Shown: piece by piece, positions 24,744 to 36,710 of the stretch
Layout of the letters: each line of letters starts with the position of its first letter
How positions within the stretch are numbered: position 1 is the first letter of the stretch
DNA from: Octopus sinensis
Lineage: Eukaryota
Length of the DNA stretch: 64,000 bases
Assembly: GCF_006345805.1 (NCBI RefSeq)
Contig: NC_043009.1
Location: forward strand, 14,260,001 to 14,324,000
Direction: 5' to 3'
Made by a program: the position numbers and the translations under genes
The notes under the pieces: model-generated
The model's input: only the letters and a program-made list of their open reading frames with translations
Databases searched by the model: none
Told to the model about the DNA's origin: nothing

Positions 24744-25399
24744 CAACAACAACACTACTACTACTACTACTACTAATAGTAGTAGTAGTATTTTGACAAG
24801 TAATCTGATTTCAAGTAGAAGTATGATTTAATTTCATTTTCGATTATTTAGTTTGAACTGAAATCCAATGAGTCAATCAACATTCAAGATTTGGCCAGTT
24901 TTCAACTTAGTCTTCGTCTGAACATTCAAGATAATTTCAACGTTTATTATATTTTTTCTATCAACACATTTCTTTTCCAAAAGATTCCGAGTTCTCTTTC
25001 TTATTTCAATTAATCTCTTCCACTTCAAATATAATTAGTTCAGTTACCTTATATGTCGAGTAATCTTCGGCGTCATTTTAAAATCAGACTCAGAAATCGA
25101 TAAAAACATCGTGCTGTTGTAATTTTTCTCTTATTGCATTTGAAGTGAACAAATTCTCAATTTGCATTCGCTGCCGCCACAGATGTACTTTCTTAGAAAT
25201 ATATCTTATAGGATAATTGCTCCGAGTCTCGCCAAGAGGTTTTATCATTCCTTTTACTTCGTTTTTCTTAATCTTGGATGTTTATTGTTCAAACTTCCAT
25301 TATAGCCAAGTTCCCATTTTCTCAAACAATTCTTTAAAAGTGTTCCAACTGGGCATGAACTGGATTGTCATCACACTGTTAGCACTCAGGTAGAAAATA

Positions 25400-25958
25400 T
25401 TGGGTTGTCTGGAAAGTTCGTGCCGATTTATTGTAGCTTACATTTCGACATATTTTAGAACATGGTTCAGTCCATAAAATAGGCTACGTTTCCATTTAGA
25501 GCACAGTTTAAGCTATCTTTCCGTGGAAGAAGGTTTATGTTCCTATAACGTGTGTTATTTCTGTAACCCTTTAAAATGGAAGATAAGAAAGTTCATTTCT
25601 AGCACTTGATGCTTTCGGAACCAGACAAAAATTGCTGCAGCTCGGCTGGGATGTGTTACCCCACCATCCATATTCACCAGATATTGCTCCTTCGGATTTC
25701 CACTTATTCAAGTCTCTGTAGAATAGTAATAATGGTAAAAATTTAATTCCTTAAATGACGTATTAAGATACCTTGATGAATTTTTTGCCTTGAAACCACC
25801 TCAATTCTAGGAAGAGGGTATTTTCAAGTTAAAGGAAAGATGGAGACGCATTGTGCAACAAAATGGTTCATATTTGGTTGATTAAAAATGTAATGGCAAG
25901 TATTTATTGACCTTTTTCTTTCCTTTAAAAATCGGCACGAACTTTCCGGACAAACCAA
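25400..25958 (+). mobile_element. Mariner internal-deletion derivative (non-autonomous)
   Basis: TIRs ttgggttgtctggaaagttcgtgccgattt and aaatcggcacgaactttccggacaaaccaa with TA duplications. MEDKKVHF*HLML is fused to TRQKLLQLGWDVLPHHPYSPDIAPSDFHLF...ERWRRIVQQNGSY. Confidence 0.9.
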
Positions 25959-26362
25959 TAGAAAGGCAAAATAGTGGTGGAAATTTACACGCGAGAAATT
26001 TTATTTTCAGTTGCATTAGAAATGTCAGTTGATAAAACTAAATTCTCACAAACTGACTCCAATATAAAGATCAATTCTAAATTCAATAAAATTAATAATT
26101 TTATTGATTCCAATTCAATTTTGTGTTCTGTTTATTGTAGTTCGATATTATTTTGAAATATTTACGACTCCTTCACTATATACTGCATCGATTCAGGCCA
26201 TTTAAATATATTTATTCTATCATTTTGAAATTCGAACCTGGAAAAAATAGGAACTCAGAAAACCACGAAAAAAAAAATAATGGTTACACAAATATTATTG
26301 TAGGATCTTAAGTTACTGTTTAAAAGAAGGCAGTAGGAATGCTATAAAGAAAGTTAACTTAC

Positions 26363-26541
26363 ATGCTCCAATATCAGAAGTGTGTTTTCAGTTGATGTTG
26401 CAACTATAACTTTTTGGATGAACACTTTCCGCATATTAATGAGACAGTCAAGAATAGTCTTGTTAGAACCACTGGGAGCCAAGCGCCAAGCTTTCAAGCT
26501 CAGTTTGTAATCTCTCAAAAGAAATTCCATGAAGCTTGCTC
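26363..26541 (-). CDS. iGluR-like gene, ATD exon (phase 1-0)
   Basis: Acceptor ttttatttattttaacag and donor GTAAGT. 179 nt: (G)ASFMEFLLRDYKLSLKAWRLAPSGSNKTILDCLINMRKVFIQKVIVATSTENTLLILEH. Continues the frame of exon 37063-37305. Position and phases match the GLIRLQEL...ILKQ exon of kainate receptor genes. Confidence 0.85.
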
Positions 26542-26584
26542 CTGTTAAAATAAATAAAACAAAATTAGTGCATATCAATTGACA

Positions 26585-26673
<89 letters not shown>

Positions 26674-26675
<2 letters not shown>

Positions 26676-26750
26676 GCATGCAATTTTATTAATATGGGGA
26701 TTGAGAGAAGATAGATATCTCAATCCCCATATTAATAAAATTGCATGCAG
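26674..26750. repeat. Perfect inverted repeat (33-bp arms, 11-nt loop)
   Basis: ctgcatgcaattttattaatatggggattgaga is followed by its exact reverse complement. Abuts a (TCTG)n(TCTA)n tract. Confidence 0.9.
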
Positions 26751-26989
26751 CCTTTACACCTACCGACACCCTCTTGTAAACACCAAAGCACAAAATAAAC
26801 GAATCTCTATACTAAAACACCATAACATGCTCGACTAATAACCTACACCTTCCAAATACAAACAAGAAATAGCCTATATGACATCAACAAAAAGTAAAGC
26901 CTTACTGTCTAGCTAAAGCATAACTCCAAGGTATGTTCTTTGTGCCACCTTCACAATCCATGACAAAAAGCTAACACCTATTTAAACAA

Positions 26990-27864
26990 GAAATGAGCAA
27001 AAAAAAGAAAGAAAAGAAAAACCATGGAAAGAAAAGAAAATGTATGGTCAGTTTGCAAGAGATGTGAACGCCAAGACAGATAGAGAGGACCGGTGGCTAT
27101 GGATAAGGAGGAGAGACCTGAAGATAGAGACAGAAGCGCTCATATGCGCAGCTCAGGAACAAGTGTTAAGGACTAATTATATGAAGTGCAGAATAGACAA
27201 CACTACTGATACCGACAAATGCAGATTGTGTGGTGAAAGGGGTGAAACAGTATGGCACATTGTTAGTGAATGCCCGAAATTGGCACAACGCGAATACAAA
27301 AGATGCCACGAGAATGTGGCAAGAATGATCCATTGGAAACTGTGGAATTCATGGCCTACAAAGGGCATAGATGTGGTATTAGCAAACTCCAGAAGGAGTC
27401 ACCGAAAATGAGAATTGCGATATCTTGTGGGATGCAATTATCCATTACGATCACCTGACCAGACATCGGAAACCGGACATTGTTGTGGTGAATAAAGAAC
27501 AAAGAACATATATGATAATCGACATAGCATACCGCGGTGACAACAGGATCAATGTGAAAGAAGAAAAAATAAACAGCTATGACAATTTAAATTGGGAGAT
27601 ACGAAGGTTGGGATCAATGAAGAGAGTAGACGTGATGCCAAAAATAACTGGTGCACTTGGAAGTATAAGCGCTCAACTACCATGGCTGAAAAAGATTGGT
27701 GCTAGTGTGAAGGTAGAACACCTACAAAACTCAGCATTGCTTGGAATTGCAAGAATTCTTCGCAGGGTTCTTGAAGCATGACCAGTAAACAACTGTTATC
27801 TTAGTCTGTTGGATGTGGACAGCTGACACTTTCCATCATAGTCAGCAAAATAAGGTGTGAGTTT

Positions 27865-27870
<6 letters not shown>
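26990..27870 (+). mobile_element. R4/Dong-type non-LTR retrotransposon 3' fragment (zinc knuckle + restriction-like endonuclease)
   Basis: MYGQF...ETEALICAAQEQVLRTN...CRLCGERGETVWHIVSEC and RKPDIVVV..IIDIA...GALGSI...LLGIARILRRVL, then a short 3' UTR and a (TAA)n tail. Confidence 0.85.
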
Positions 27871-28080
<210 letters not shown>

Positions 28081-28089
28081 TTGAGCATA

Positions 28090-29050
28090 TTTTATGCATG
28101 AAAGCTAAAATGGAACCCCGTAGATCCAGTGCTGTTCAGTGGCTCTGGCTTTAAAAGTCTCCAGGCATGGACAATCGCATACTATAGTTTGTTACTGATT
28201 AAACAGAAAATGAAGTGCTAGTATCGATGGCAAAATGAAGAACAGTGTAAATAGAGAGGATGAAAAGGGAAAGAAAGTGAGTGGCTGTTGTTATTTTGGA
28301 AATTACTAACTAGATTCATAGAAGATGTATAACTTACTAGAGAAGGAGAAACTGCTTCAGAAGGGCGAAGGGATGCTAGAAGAATTCAAGGATAGTAGAT
28401 AAGAAGATGTTAAGTGATGTGCTAAAATAGCATAGCTGTTGGTTGGGTAAACTCCAAGAAAGCATATGCGTACCATAAAGTTCAAGACAATTGGCTTTTG
28501 GAGTTCATATGATGTTTTTCTTTAAATATAGCAAACCACTGAAATCTCATCTTGAGATGTAGCATTAAAGCGTAGAAGCGAATCAAGGAAATAGTGAAAA
28601 TCCGGAGGGAAATTTCAACGAGACTCAGTGTCTCCAATGTTTTTGTGATTACATTGATTCCTTTAACGAACATACAGAGAAAATATAGATCGGTTTATGA
28701 ACTTCCTAACAACTAGAGTGAAAGAAAATTATTTGATTTACATAGGTGACCTCATACTGTATACCAAAAATGAGAAAAGTGTCTGGATTCTCTTGGGAAA
28801 ATGTTTTGATTCCCTGTAAGGATATTTAACAAGTGTGCTAATGTGCATTTTGTTCATTATGGAAAGAGGTCAAAACGATCAAATCTGATGAGATATTGAT
28901 TCCATCAAATAACACCATCAATCATTGACATTAATCAAGGATACAAGGAACGCAGGGGATGTTGCAAAACAAAAAAAATAAAAAAAATAATGGAAATGGA
29001 ACTAAGAGAAAATTTCTCCAAAGAGTACAGGATAAATGTTAAGAAGGTAG
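28090..29050 (+). mobile_element. Heavily degraded reverse-transcriptase region of an RLE-type LINE
   Basis: Remnants resembling VDYKKAYD (about 28445), LIYIGDLILYTKNEK (YxDD region, about 28730) and KCA..MERG...YK. Many stops and frameshifts. Confidence 0.45.
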
Positions 29051-29069
29051 CTGAAACAAAATAAATGAA

Positions 29070-29405
29070 GCCGCATGACTCAGTGGTTAGAGCATTGGGC
29101 TCACAATTATGAGGTAGTGAGTTCAATTCCTAGACCAGGCTGTGTGTTGTGTTCTTGAGCAAGACACTTTATTTCGCGTTGCTCCAGTTCATTCAGCTGT
29201 AGAAATGAGTTGCACCCTCACTGGTGCCTAGCTGTATCGGCCTCTTTGCCTTTCCCTTAGATAACATCAGTGGCATAGAGAGGCGATGTTGGTATGCATG
29301 GAAGACTTCTGGTCTTCGATAAATAACCTTACCCGGTATTGTGCTTCGGAGCGTAACTTTCTAGTTGCAATCCCATGGGCATTCATGACCGAAGGGGTCT
29401 TTACA
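29070..29405 (+). mobile_element. tRNA-derived SINE family B, full length
   Basis: A box tgactcagtggttagagc, B box gagttcaattcc, central gtgttcttgagcaagacacttta. Confidence 0.85.
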
Positions 29406-29876
29406 CTTTACCCTTTACTGCAGTGTAGTTTACTGTACCCTTAACCCTTTGCAACAAAACTAAATTGAGGCAATATCACTAAAGTCAATCGAGAGGTGAG
29501 CCATTATCCTGTGGAGATCCTATATATAACCCGAACTCTTTTGAAATTGAATAAAGACAGAAATACATGAACTGGATTTAAGATTGAGGACGATGCTCAT
29601 TAGACATCTTGCACACCATTCTAAAAGTAATGTCGTAAGTAGTTATTTACCTAGAATGAAAGAAAGCATGGGTTTACTAAATGTATAAGGCGTTACACAA
29701 AATGCCATTATTGCTAGCTAAATTATGCAGTATTATTATAGATGTAAGTATGTATATATGTATGTGTGTATGTATGCATGTTTGTGTGCGCGCGCACTGT
29801 GTGTATGTATGGATATGTATATACATTTATATTACATATATGCATATGAATGTGTGTGTCCCCGAGTGTACGTATA

Positions 29877-29936
<60 letters not shown>

Positions 29937-31132
29937 ATCTATCTATCTATCTATATATATATATATATATATATATACATTTATATTATCTGTATGCATA
30001 TATATGTATATCTTTACTTATTGTGACAACAATTCTCAAATCATAAGATTCTTTGTTACGATTCTTGTAGGATAAATTATAGCACTTTGTTTACAGGTGG
30101 GCATTGTGCGTCGCAGTTCCAATATTTTCCAGCTACTCAGCTTACAGTTTGCTGGTTGTTCCAAGTACAACATTTACCAAAGGAATAATGTCTTTTCATC
30201 GCTCCACATATCACTATTTCTCGCTTTACTTGATTTCCTCTCAACGGGATTGCGAACTCAATCACTTAAAATATTTATTCATTTATTCTGCACGATTATT
30301 CTTTAACTCCTTGCTTTCATTGTATAATCAATCTACATTTATGTATGTATATAAATATAATCGATAGAATAAGAACTCAATACATGTTCTTGAACTTAAC
30401 TAAATTTTATCACTTCAGTAGGCAAATACTACTTTTATGAGTCCACCAAAGTATCTACCTAAACATCCACTTCATATTTTTGCATGCTAAATGATTGCAT
30501 GTTATGTAGGCCATATATTTTCTCTGCATAGTTTTGTCAATCTCCTTATTCTGGGTGAAATTCTGTAGAATAATTGCTATTCTGAAGGCGAAACACGTGC
30601 CCACAAAAAATAAACAAAATGGCATGAAATAAATAAACAGAATACAAAATACATTTTCTCTTCTTTCGTATTTGGAGTCAGTTGCTCTCGCTATTGATTA
30701 TCGTCTCTCAAAATAAAACTTAGTGTCAATTAATCAAAAATTAACCAGTATAGTATTTAATGTAAATTCTTCAGTCTCCATTGATGAATTCTTAGTTATT
30801 TTAAGCTCACCTTCGTTATCCAGACATACACATACACATGTATTTATGCAACGCAATTCAACACAGTTTCCGTCAACTAAATTCATTCACAAGGCATTGG
30901 CTGGCCCGCTGTTCTAGTACAAGACATATAAAATGCCATCTGACTTAACCGGAAATCACGTGGTTGCAAAGCGAACTTTCTAGCCACGCTAACATATCAG
31001 CACCTTTCTCTCTCTCTTTCTTTCTCTCTAAATGTATCTGTTTGTATTATATATATATTTGTATGTGTGTACATATATATGTGTGTGTGTATGTATGTAT
31101 CTATCTACACACATACAAACAGATATGTATAT

Positions 31133-31164
<32 letters not shown>

Positions 31165-31220
31165 CATACATACATATACTATATATATATATATATAATA
31201 TATATACATACATATATATA

Positions 31221-31264
<44 letters not shown>

Positions 31265-31371
31265 TATATATATATACTTTGATACTTTGATTTCATACTT
31301 TGATAGGTTTCGGCCATTATTGGCCCAGGCCATGTCTAACTTAATAGCACCACCTGGTGAAGTCTTTCAAG

Positions 31372-34300
31372 TCAGAATTTGGGCATTATGGCCCACTCAA
31401 GTAGAGAGTTATTGTTTACAGAGACATATCCAGGTGTAGGGGGTTTATCCGGGATTTCTTGAAGGAATCTGTCCAAAGACTTCTTGAACCCTATAGGGTC
31501 AGTTTCTGTTTTAATGTGTTTTGGTGTAATGTTAAAGAGAGCGGGGCCAATTGAGGTGAAATAATTGTGCCGTATTGTTGTTATGAGATGAGAGTGCGAT
31601 TTTTGTTTTGGGCGGATGGCACGGGGCCCAAGCCTTGGATGTACCTTAAAGGTGATGCCAACATCATTTGGGCAATGCTGATGGAATATTTTCCACATCA
31701 TGCAGATGATGTAGCGCTCACGACGACGTTGAAGAGAATAGAGTTTTAGCTTTTCTAGCCGACCCCAATAGTCGAGGCCTGTCATGCCATCTATCTTTTT
31801 GTGATTGCCCTTTGAGGTGCTTCAACTTTTATGATACCTTGTATTGTGTGGGGAGACCACAGTGGACAACAGTATTCAAGGTGGGGTCGGGCAAAAGTGG
31901 AGAAGAGAAGGATAATGGTGTGGACATCTCTCGACTGGAAAGTTCTGAGAATCCAGGAACACATTCTGCGGTCCATGTCAACTTTGGTGTTTATATGAGT
32001 GGCCCAGCTTACGTTGTTGTCCACAATTACTCCCAAGTCTCTGATGTTGTTGGACGCCGCGAGAGTTTCACCTGAAGGAAGGGAGTATGGGAGTTTCAGG
32101 GCATCCTCTTTTCCAAAGTGGATTAGCTCAAATTTATCCTCGTTCAGCAGCATATTGTTTTTTCTGCCCATTGGATAACAGCCAGTAGATCTGACTGAAG
32201 GCATGTCCGGTCACTCGCCTCATTTATGACCTTCTGTAGCTTGGAGTCATCTGCAAAGATTTTTATGTTGCTGTGCTTGATGATGTCATTAATGTCATTA
32301 ATGTAAATGATGAAAAGAAGTGGGCCCAGCACAGTGCCTTGCGGAACGCCACTACTGACTTTGGCTGGGCTTGATTTTACCCCTTCAACTACAACATGTT
32401 GAGATCTGTCTGTCAGGAAACACTTAATCCATTTCAGTAACTTTCCAGAGACACCAATGTTGGATAGTTTTTTCAATAGGATCTTGTGATCGACCCTACG
32501 AAGGCCTTACTGAAATCAAGGTAGATGACATCGGTGTTGGAGCCCTCTCCCAAAGCTCTCAAAATGTCCTCAAAGTGATGCAGGAGCTGCGTTAGGCAGT
32601 CCCTTCCATTACGGAACCCATGTTGGTTGGAGATCAGCCGTCTGTTGCTTTCCAGAAATTGGGTTATTCGAGATCTCACCACCCTCTCAAATACCTTGAT
32701 GATATGAGAGGTGAGTGAGATCGGGCGGTAATTCACTGCAAGGGACTTGTTTCCCTTTTTGAAAACTGGGACAACAGACTGGGACAGAAGGTTTTTTGGA
32801 ATATAGCCAGCATCCAGTGAGTTTCTCCACAGATTAGCAAGGGGAGATGCAAGTTGGTGTCGACACACTTTCAGGACACAAGCAGGGAATCTATCGGGGC
32901 CTACTGCTGAATTGTGTTTTATTTCGTTTATCGCCGCTAAGACATCAGGGGCACTAAACGTTATGTCCGATATAGTGTGTTGGGGGTTGACATCACTGAT
33001 ACAGCCCAGATCGGCCATATCAGGATTGCTGAAAACAGAGCAGTATTGTTTCTGCAGTATCTCGGCCATGGATTTGGCATTATCTTGGAGAGTGCCAGTT
33101 TCGTCAATTAGAGGGCCTACAGTGGAGACAGTGACCCTGCGTTTCCTCGCAAATGAAAAGAACACTTTGGGGTTGAGTTTGATTTTTTCAATGGCCCACT
33201 TCTCCTCAGCTGATCTTTGGTTATTGATGAGGGTCTTCATGCATTGTTGGAGGTTATATTTTTTGGATTCAAGCAGTGCGATAGCCGTCGAATGTGTGTG
33301 TTGCTGTTGGCAGTACTTTAGTTTGTTAATTTTTTTGTTTGTTCTTTTTATTTTTCTGATAATGGTTTTTCTGTTTTGGGGGATTCTGCACTTTTTGTTC
33401 ACAGGTCTTGGTGGGGAGTGTTTTGCACATATGTCTGTGACGGTGTCTACAAAGATCTGCCAAGATGTTTTATGGTTGGTGGAGATGTGTGTATGTGTAA
33501 AGGACCAGTCAACATTTGATAGCTCGTTCCTGATTGCATCCCAGTTGGCTTTATGGAGATCCATGTTGTCAAATGGGTGGGCTGGAGGAAGGTCACTAGG
33601 ATTAGCTTTCGGCTGGTGGAATTTCATGTTACAGAGAACCATGTCATGGTCTGAAAGAAGGGTTTTTTCCACTGTAACGTTATGTATAGTGTTAGTGTGG
33701 TTACTAAACACTAGGTCCAAAATGTTCTGATGTCTTGTTGGTGCAAGGGCAAGTTGGGACAAGAAAAACTCATTCGTAAAGTCGAAAAGTGACTCTGCTG
33801 CTTCTTTGTCAGCGGTTGAGGCGGGAGTGCTTGGTTTCAAACAGTTTGTAGTCCAGTCAACACAGGGTAGATTGAAGTCTCCCATCATGAGTATGTTGCT
33901 AGAATGGCACTGTTGAATAAAGCACTTAATGCTGTTGAGGCATTCTTTAAAGCACAGTATGGGTGTTTGGGGCGGCCTATAGAGCCCAATTACTGTCAGG
34001 TCATTGGCTTTGTTGTGCACGGTGACTGATTCACAGTAGCCGTTGGAGAATATACTATTTCCATCTGCCGTAAATGAATCATGCAGGAAAATGGCAGTTC
34101 CACCCTTCCTCCTGCCGATACGATCCGCGCGGATGGTTGTGAAATTCTTCACTCTCACTTCGGCTTCCAAGTGGGAGTTGTCAAGGTGGGTCTCAGTGAG
34201 AATGAAGAAAGGGATGTGGTGTGAATGGTTACCAACCCAGTCTTCAATGAATTGGACCTTCCATTTTTGTGCATTGATGGAAGGGCTGACACCTTGTGCA

Positions 34301-34500
34301 TTGAGTAGGAATGTGGAGGTTAGTGTAGTGGCTGGTTTTGACTGTTGCAGGGGGCTTGGATTTTTTGTGTGTGTTAGTGGCAGCAATGTGGGGAATTGGT
34401 GCACTGGGGTAATAGCATAGGATGGTGTTGAGTGATGGCTAGAATGTTTTTGTGTATCTCTTTTGCCATGTTCAACATGGCTAAAAAAGAATTTTCCTGC
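31372..34500 (-). pseudogene. LINE ORF2: AP endonuclease-reverse transcriptase, three 1-nt deletions
   Basis: LTETHL, MGDFN, SDH; NYRPISLTS, QHGFR, YLDFSKAF, GVPQGTVLGPLLF, FADD; RPHLEYC..WSP, RLEKLKLYSLQRRR. Frameshifts near 32499, 32160 and 31797. Confidence 0.9.
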
Positions 34501-35603
34501 TTAGGGAGCAGTTTTTGGCTGGAGGTGTGGTTGCACTGTTGGATAGGGTTGTAGTTTCCACTTTTGTTGTTGTTGTTTTTGTGTCTTCCTGAAAAGACTG
34601 GACCAGCATTACTGCAGCATGGTGTGTTTCTATTTTTATTGTTATTCAGGTTTGTGTGTTGGCTTGAGGCCCCGTTTCTGTTTGTGCGTCGGGTCCCTGG
34701 AAGATGAGTGAAGGGACAGTCACTCAGTAGACATGTTCTCTCACGTTGGGAATACCGTCAGATTTTGGGACTCCGAGTTGTGTGTGTTTTGAATTTCGAT
34801 TTACTATTTGGTGGTGTTGATGTTATTGTGGGATGCGTGCTTTGGCCTTGGCCGGTAGTGCGTCTAGTGCCGGGTAGATGCGTGAAGATGCAGTCACTAT
34901 TTGTGCAGAGTCTCTGGCGCAGTGAATAGCGGCATATTTGGGGATTTCTTGTTTGTGCCGTGGGGGGCGCATTCTGCTTCCTATGTTTCTTTAAGTTTTT
35001 GTTACTGCAGTAGTATTGAGGTGGTGATGTGGGGGAAGAGGGCAGTGGTTTCTTATTTGGTTTTCTGTCGGTATTTTTGGTGATAGAAGACGATGGTGGC
35101 AGCGGTGGTGATGATGATGATGATAATTGTGGTGGTTGCTGTGAGAGCGGTGAAAAGATACTGGCATTTAGTGAATCGTCTAGTAAGCTAGAGTTGAGGA
35201 GTGGCTGTTGTTGTTCTTGTTGCTGTGGCTGTTGTTGTTGTTGTTGTGCCTGACCGATGTCAGGGTCAGCCATTGTGCTGGGAACCAGGAGTGGCTCATT
35301 CTGTTGTTGTTGTTGTTGTGGCTGCTGATTTTCTAGCTGTTGTTGTTCTTGAACTGTGAAAATATGCAGAAGCTTTTCATAATGGCCTCTTATCAGTTTG
35401 AAAGATACTTCGATATGTTTCAACTTGCTACGAATCTGTTTGACGGATCGTGTGTTGACCACTTGTGATGTTTTTTCGGCAATCTCATTCAAACACAAGA
35501 CATTTAGATTTTCTGTTTGGGAAAGAGAGAGCCATGTGTTTATTAAAACATCAATTTCGTTATCAGACCAATTTCGTCTGTTGCAGGCCTGCAAGTTAGT
35601 CAT
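34374..35603 (-). pseudogene. LINE ORF1 (409 codons, one in-frame TGA at 34758-34760): Myb/SANT-like N-terminus, polyQ, two CCCH fingers
   Basis: The frame continues past TGA (PKI*RYSQRERTCLLSDCPFTHLPGTRR) to TAA at 34374-34376. First finger: CRYSLRQRLCTNSDCIFTH. Confidence 0.8.
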
Positions 35604-35939
35604 GTTTGTTTTTCTTTTGTTTGTTTTCCTTTTGATTTTTGAAAATATATATATTCTTTCTTGGGAGTTAAAGAAGTGTATATATATATAAATGTTCTCT
35701 CTTAAGGGTGTGAGTTTTTGATTATTTGGTTGTTTGAGGATATTAAAAGAAAAACAGTTGTATATAACAATTTGTAGTTAAATGAAAACGTACTTACGGG
35801 TTTGTAGGCAAACACGTGGTTACAAATATATATATATTTAAGGTCAGTTAGTTTTGAAGCTGTGTAGCTTGCTACTGACTTGGGAGAGAAACAAATAGAC
35901 GTCCGTCCACTTCAACAGTTAATCCACGTATACGTATAT

Positions 35940-35969
<30 letters not shown>

Positions 35970-35970
<1 letters not shown>

Positions 35971-36153
35971 TCTAATCTAGGCACAAGACCCGAAATTTTT
36001 CGAGTGGGGCAGTCGACGAAATCGACTCCACTACGACCCTAAAAGCATGAATAGCAAAGTAGACCTCAGCGGGATTTGAACTCAGAACGTAAAGGCGAGC
36101 GAAATACTGCTTAGCATTTTTCCTGGCGTGCTACCGTTTCTGCCAGCTCGCCT
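35970..36153 (-). mobile_element. tRNA-derived SINE family A
   Basis: Head and B box intact, core partly deleted. Confidence 0.8.
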
Positions 36154-36341
36154 TATATATATATATATTATAGGCAACAAACCAATTAAATAAATACGCT
36201 CATCAGAGATAGCCGACATGGAAGGGAATATGGCGACTGCTCTCCACTCCCGGAGCTGGATTATACGCGCGCGCGCACACGCACATATATATGTATATAT
36301 ATTTATGTATGTATCTATGTATGTATATTTATGCATATACG

Positions 36342-36710
36342 AATTAAAATCCAGAAAATGGAGAAGTAATATTGGTATAATTTGTCAACTGCAAAATTCA
36401 ACAGTTTTTCTTACAGCTGTTTCGATTTTGCCCAAAAGAATTAAATTCCAATAATAAAAATATCTATTGGGCAAAATCTCACCAGAGGCGTAAGAAATAC
36501 ATATCATTAGGTTATTACTTGTTATTCTTCCAACGCTATGTCTTTTTCATTCCTCTGACGAGATTTTGCGCAATAAAATGTTTTAAGTACTGGAATTTAA
36601 TAATTTTGGGCAAAATCGAAACAGTTGTAAGAGAACATGCTGAATTTTTGCAGTTAATAAATTATATTATTGCTACTTCTCCATTTTCTGGATTTTAATT
36701 TGAACATTTA
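36342..36710. repeat. Diverged inverted repeat (about 150-bp arms), each arm carrying a hammerhead fold
   Basis: Arms roughly 80-85 percent identical by eye. Plus-strand core CTGACGA 36555-36561 with GAAA 36618-36621. Minus-strand core CTGGTGA 36479-36485 with GAAA 36420-36423. Confidence 0.8.

Larger units (their letters stand above)
31277..35925 (-). mobile_element. Full-length CR1-group LINE inserted in (TA)n
   Basis: 5' UTR, ORF1, ORF2 (APE endonuclease + RT), short 3' UTR ending in three ATCAAAGT-type octamers. (TA)n on both sides. Confidence 0.92.

Noticed and set aside
32912-33730. 272-aa plus-strand ORF (and 34043-34420)
   Set aside because: Antisense shadow of LINE ORF2 with no independent motifs.
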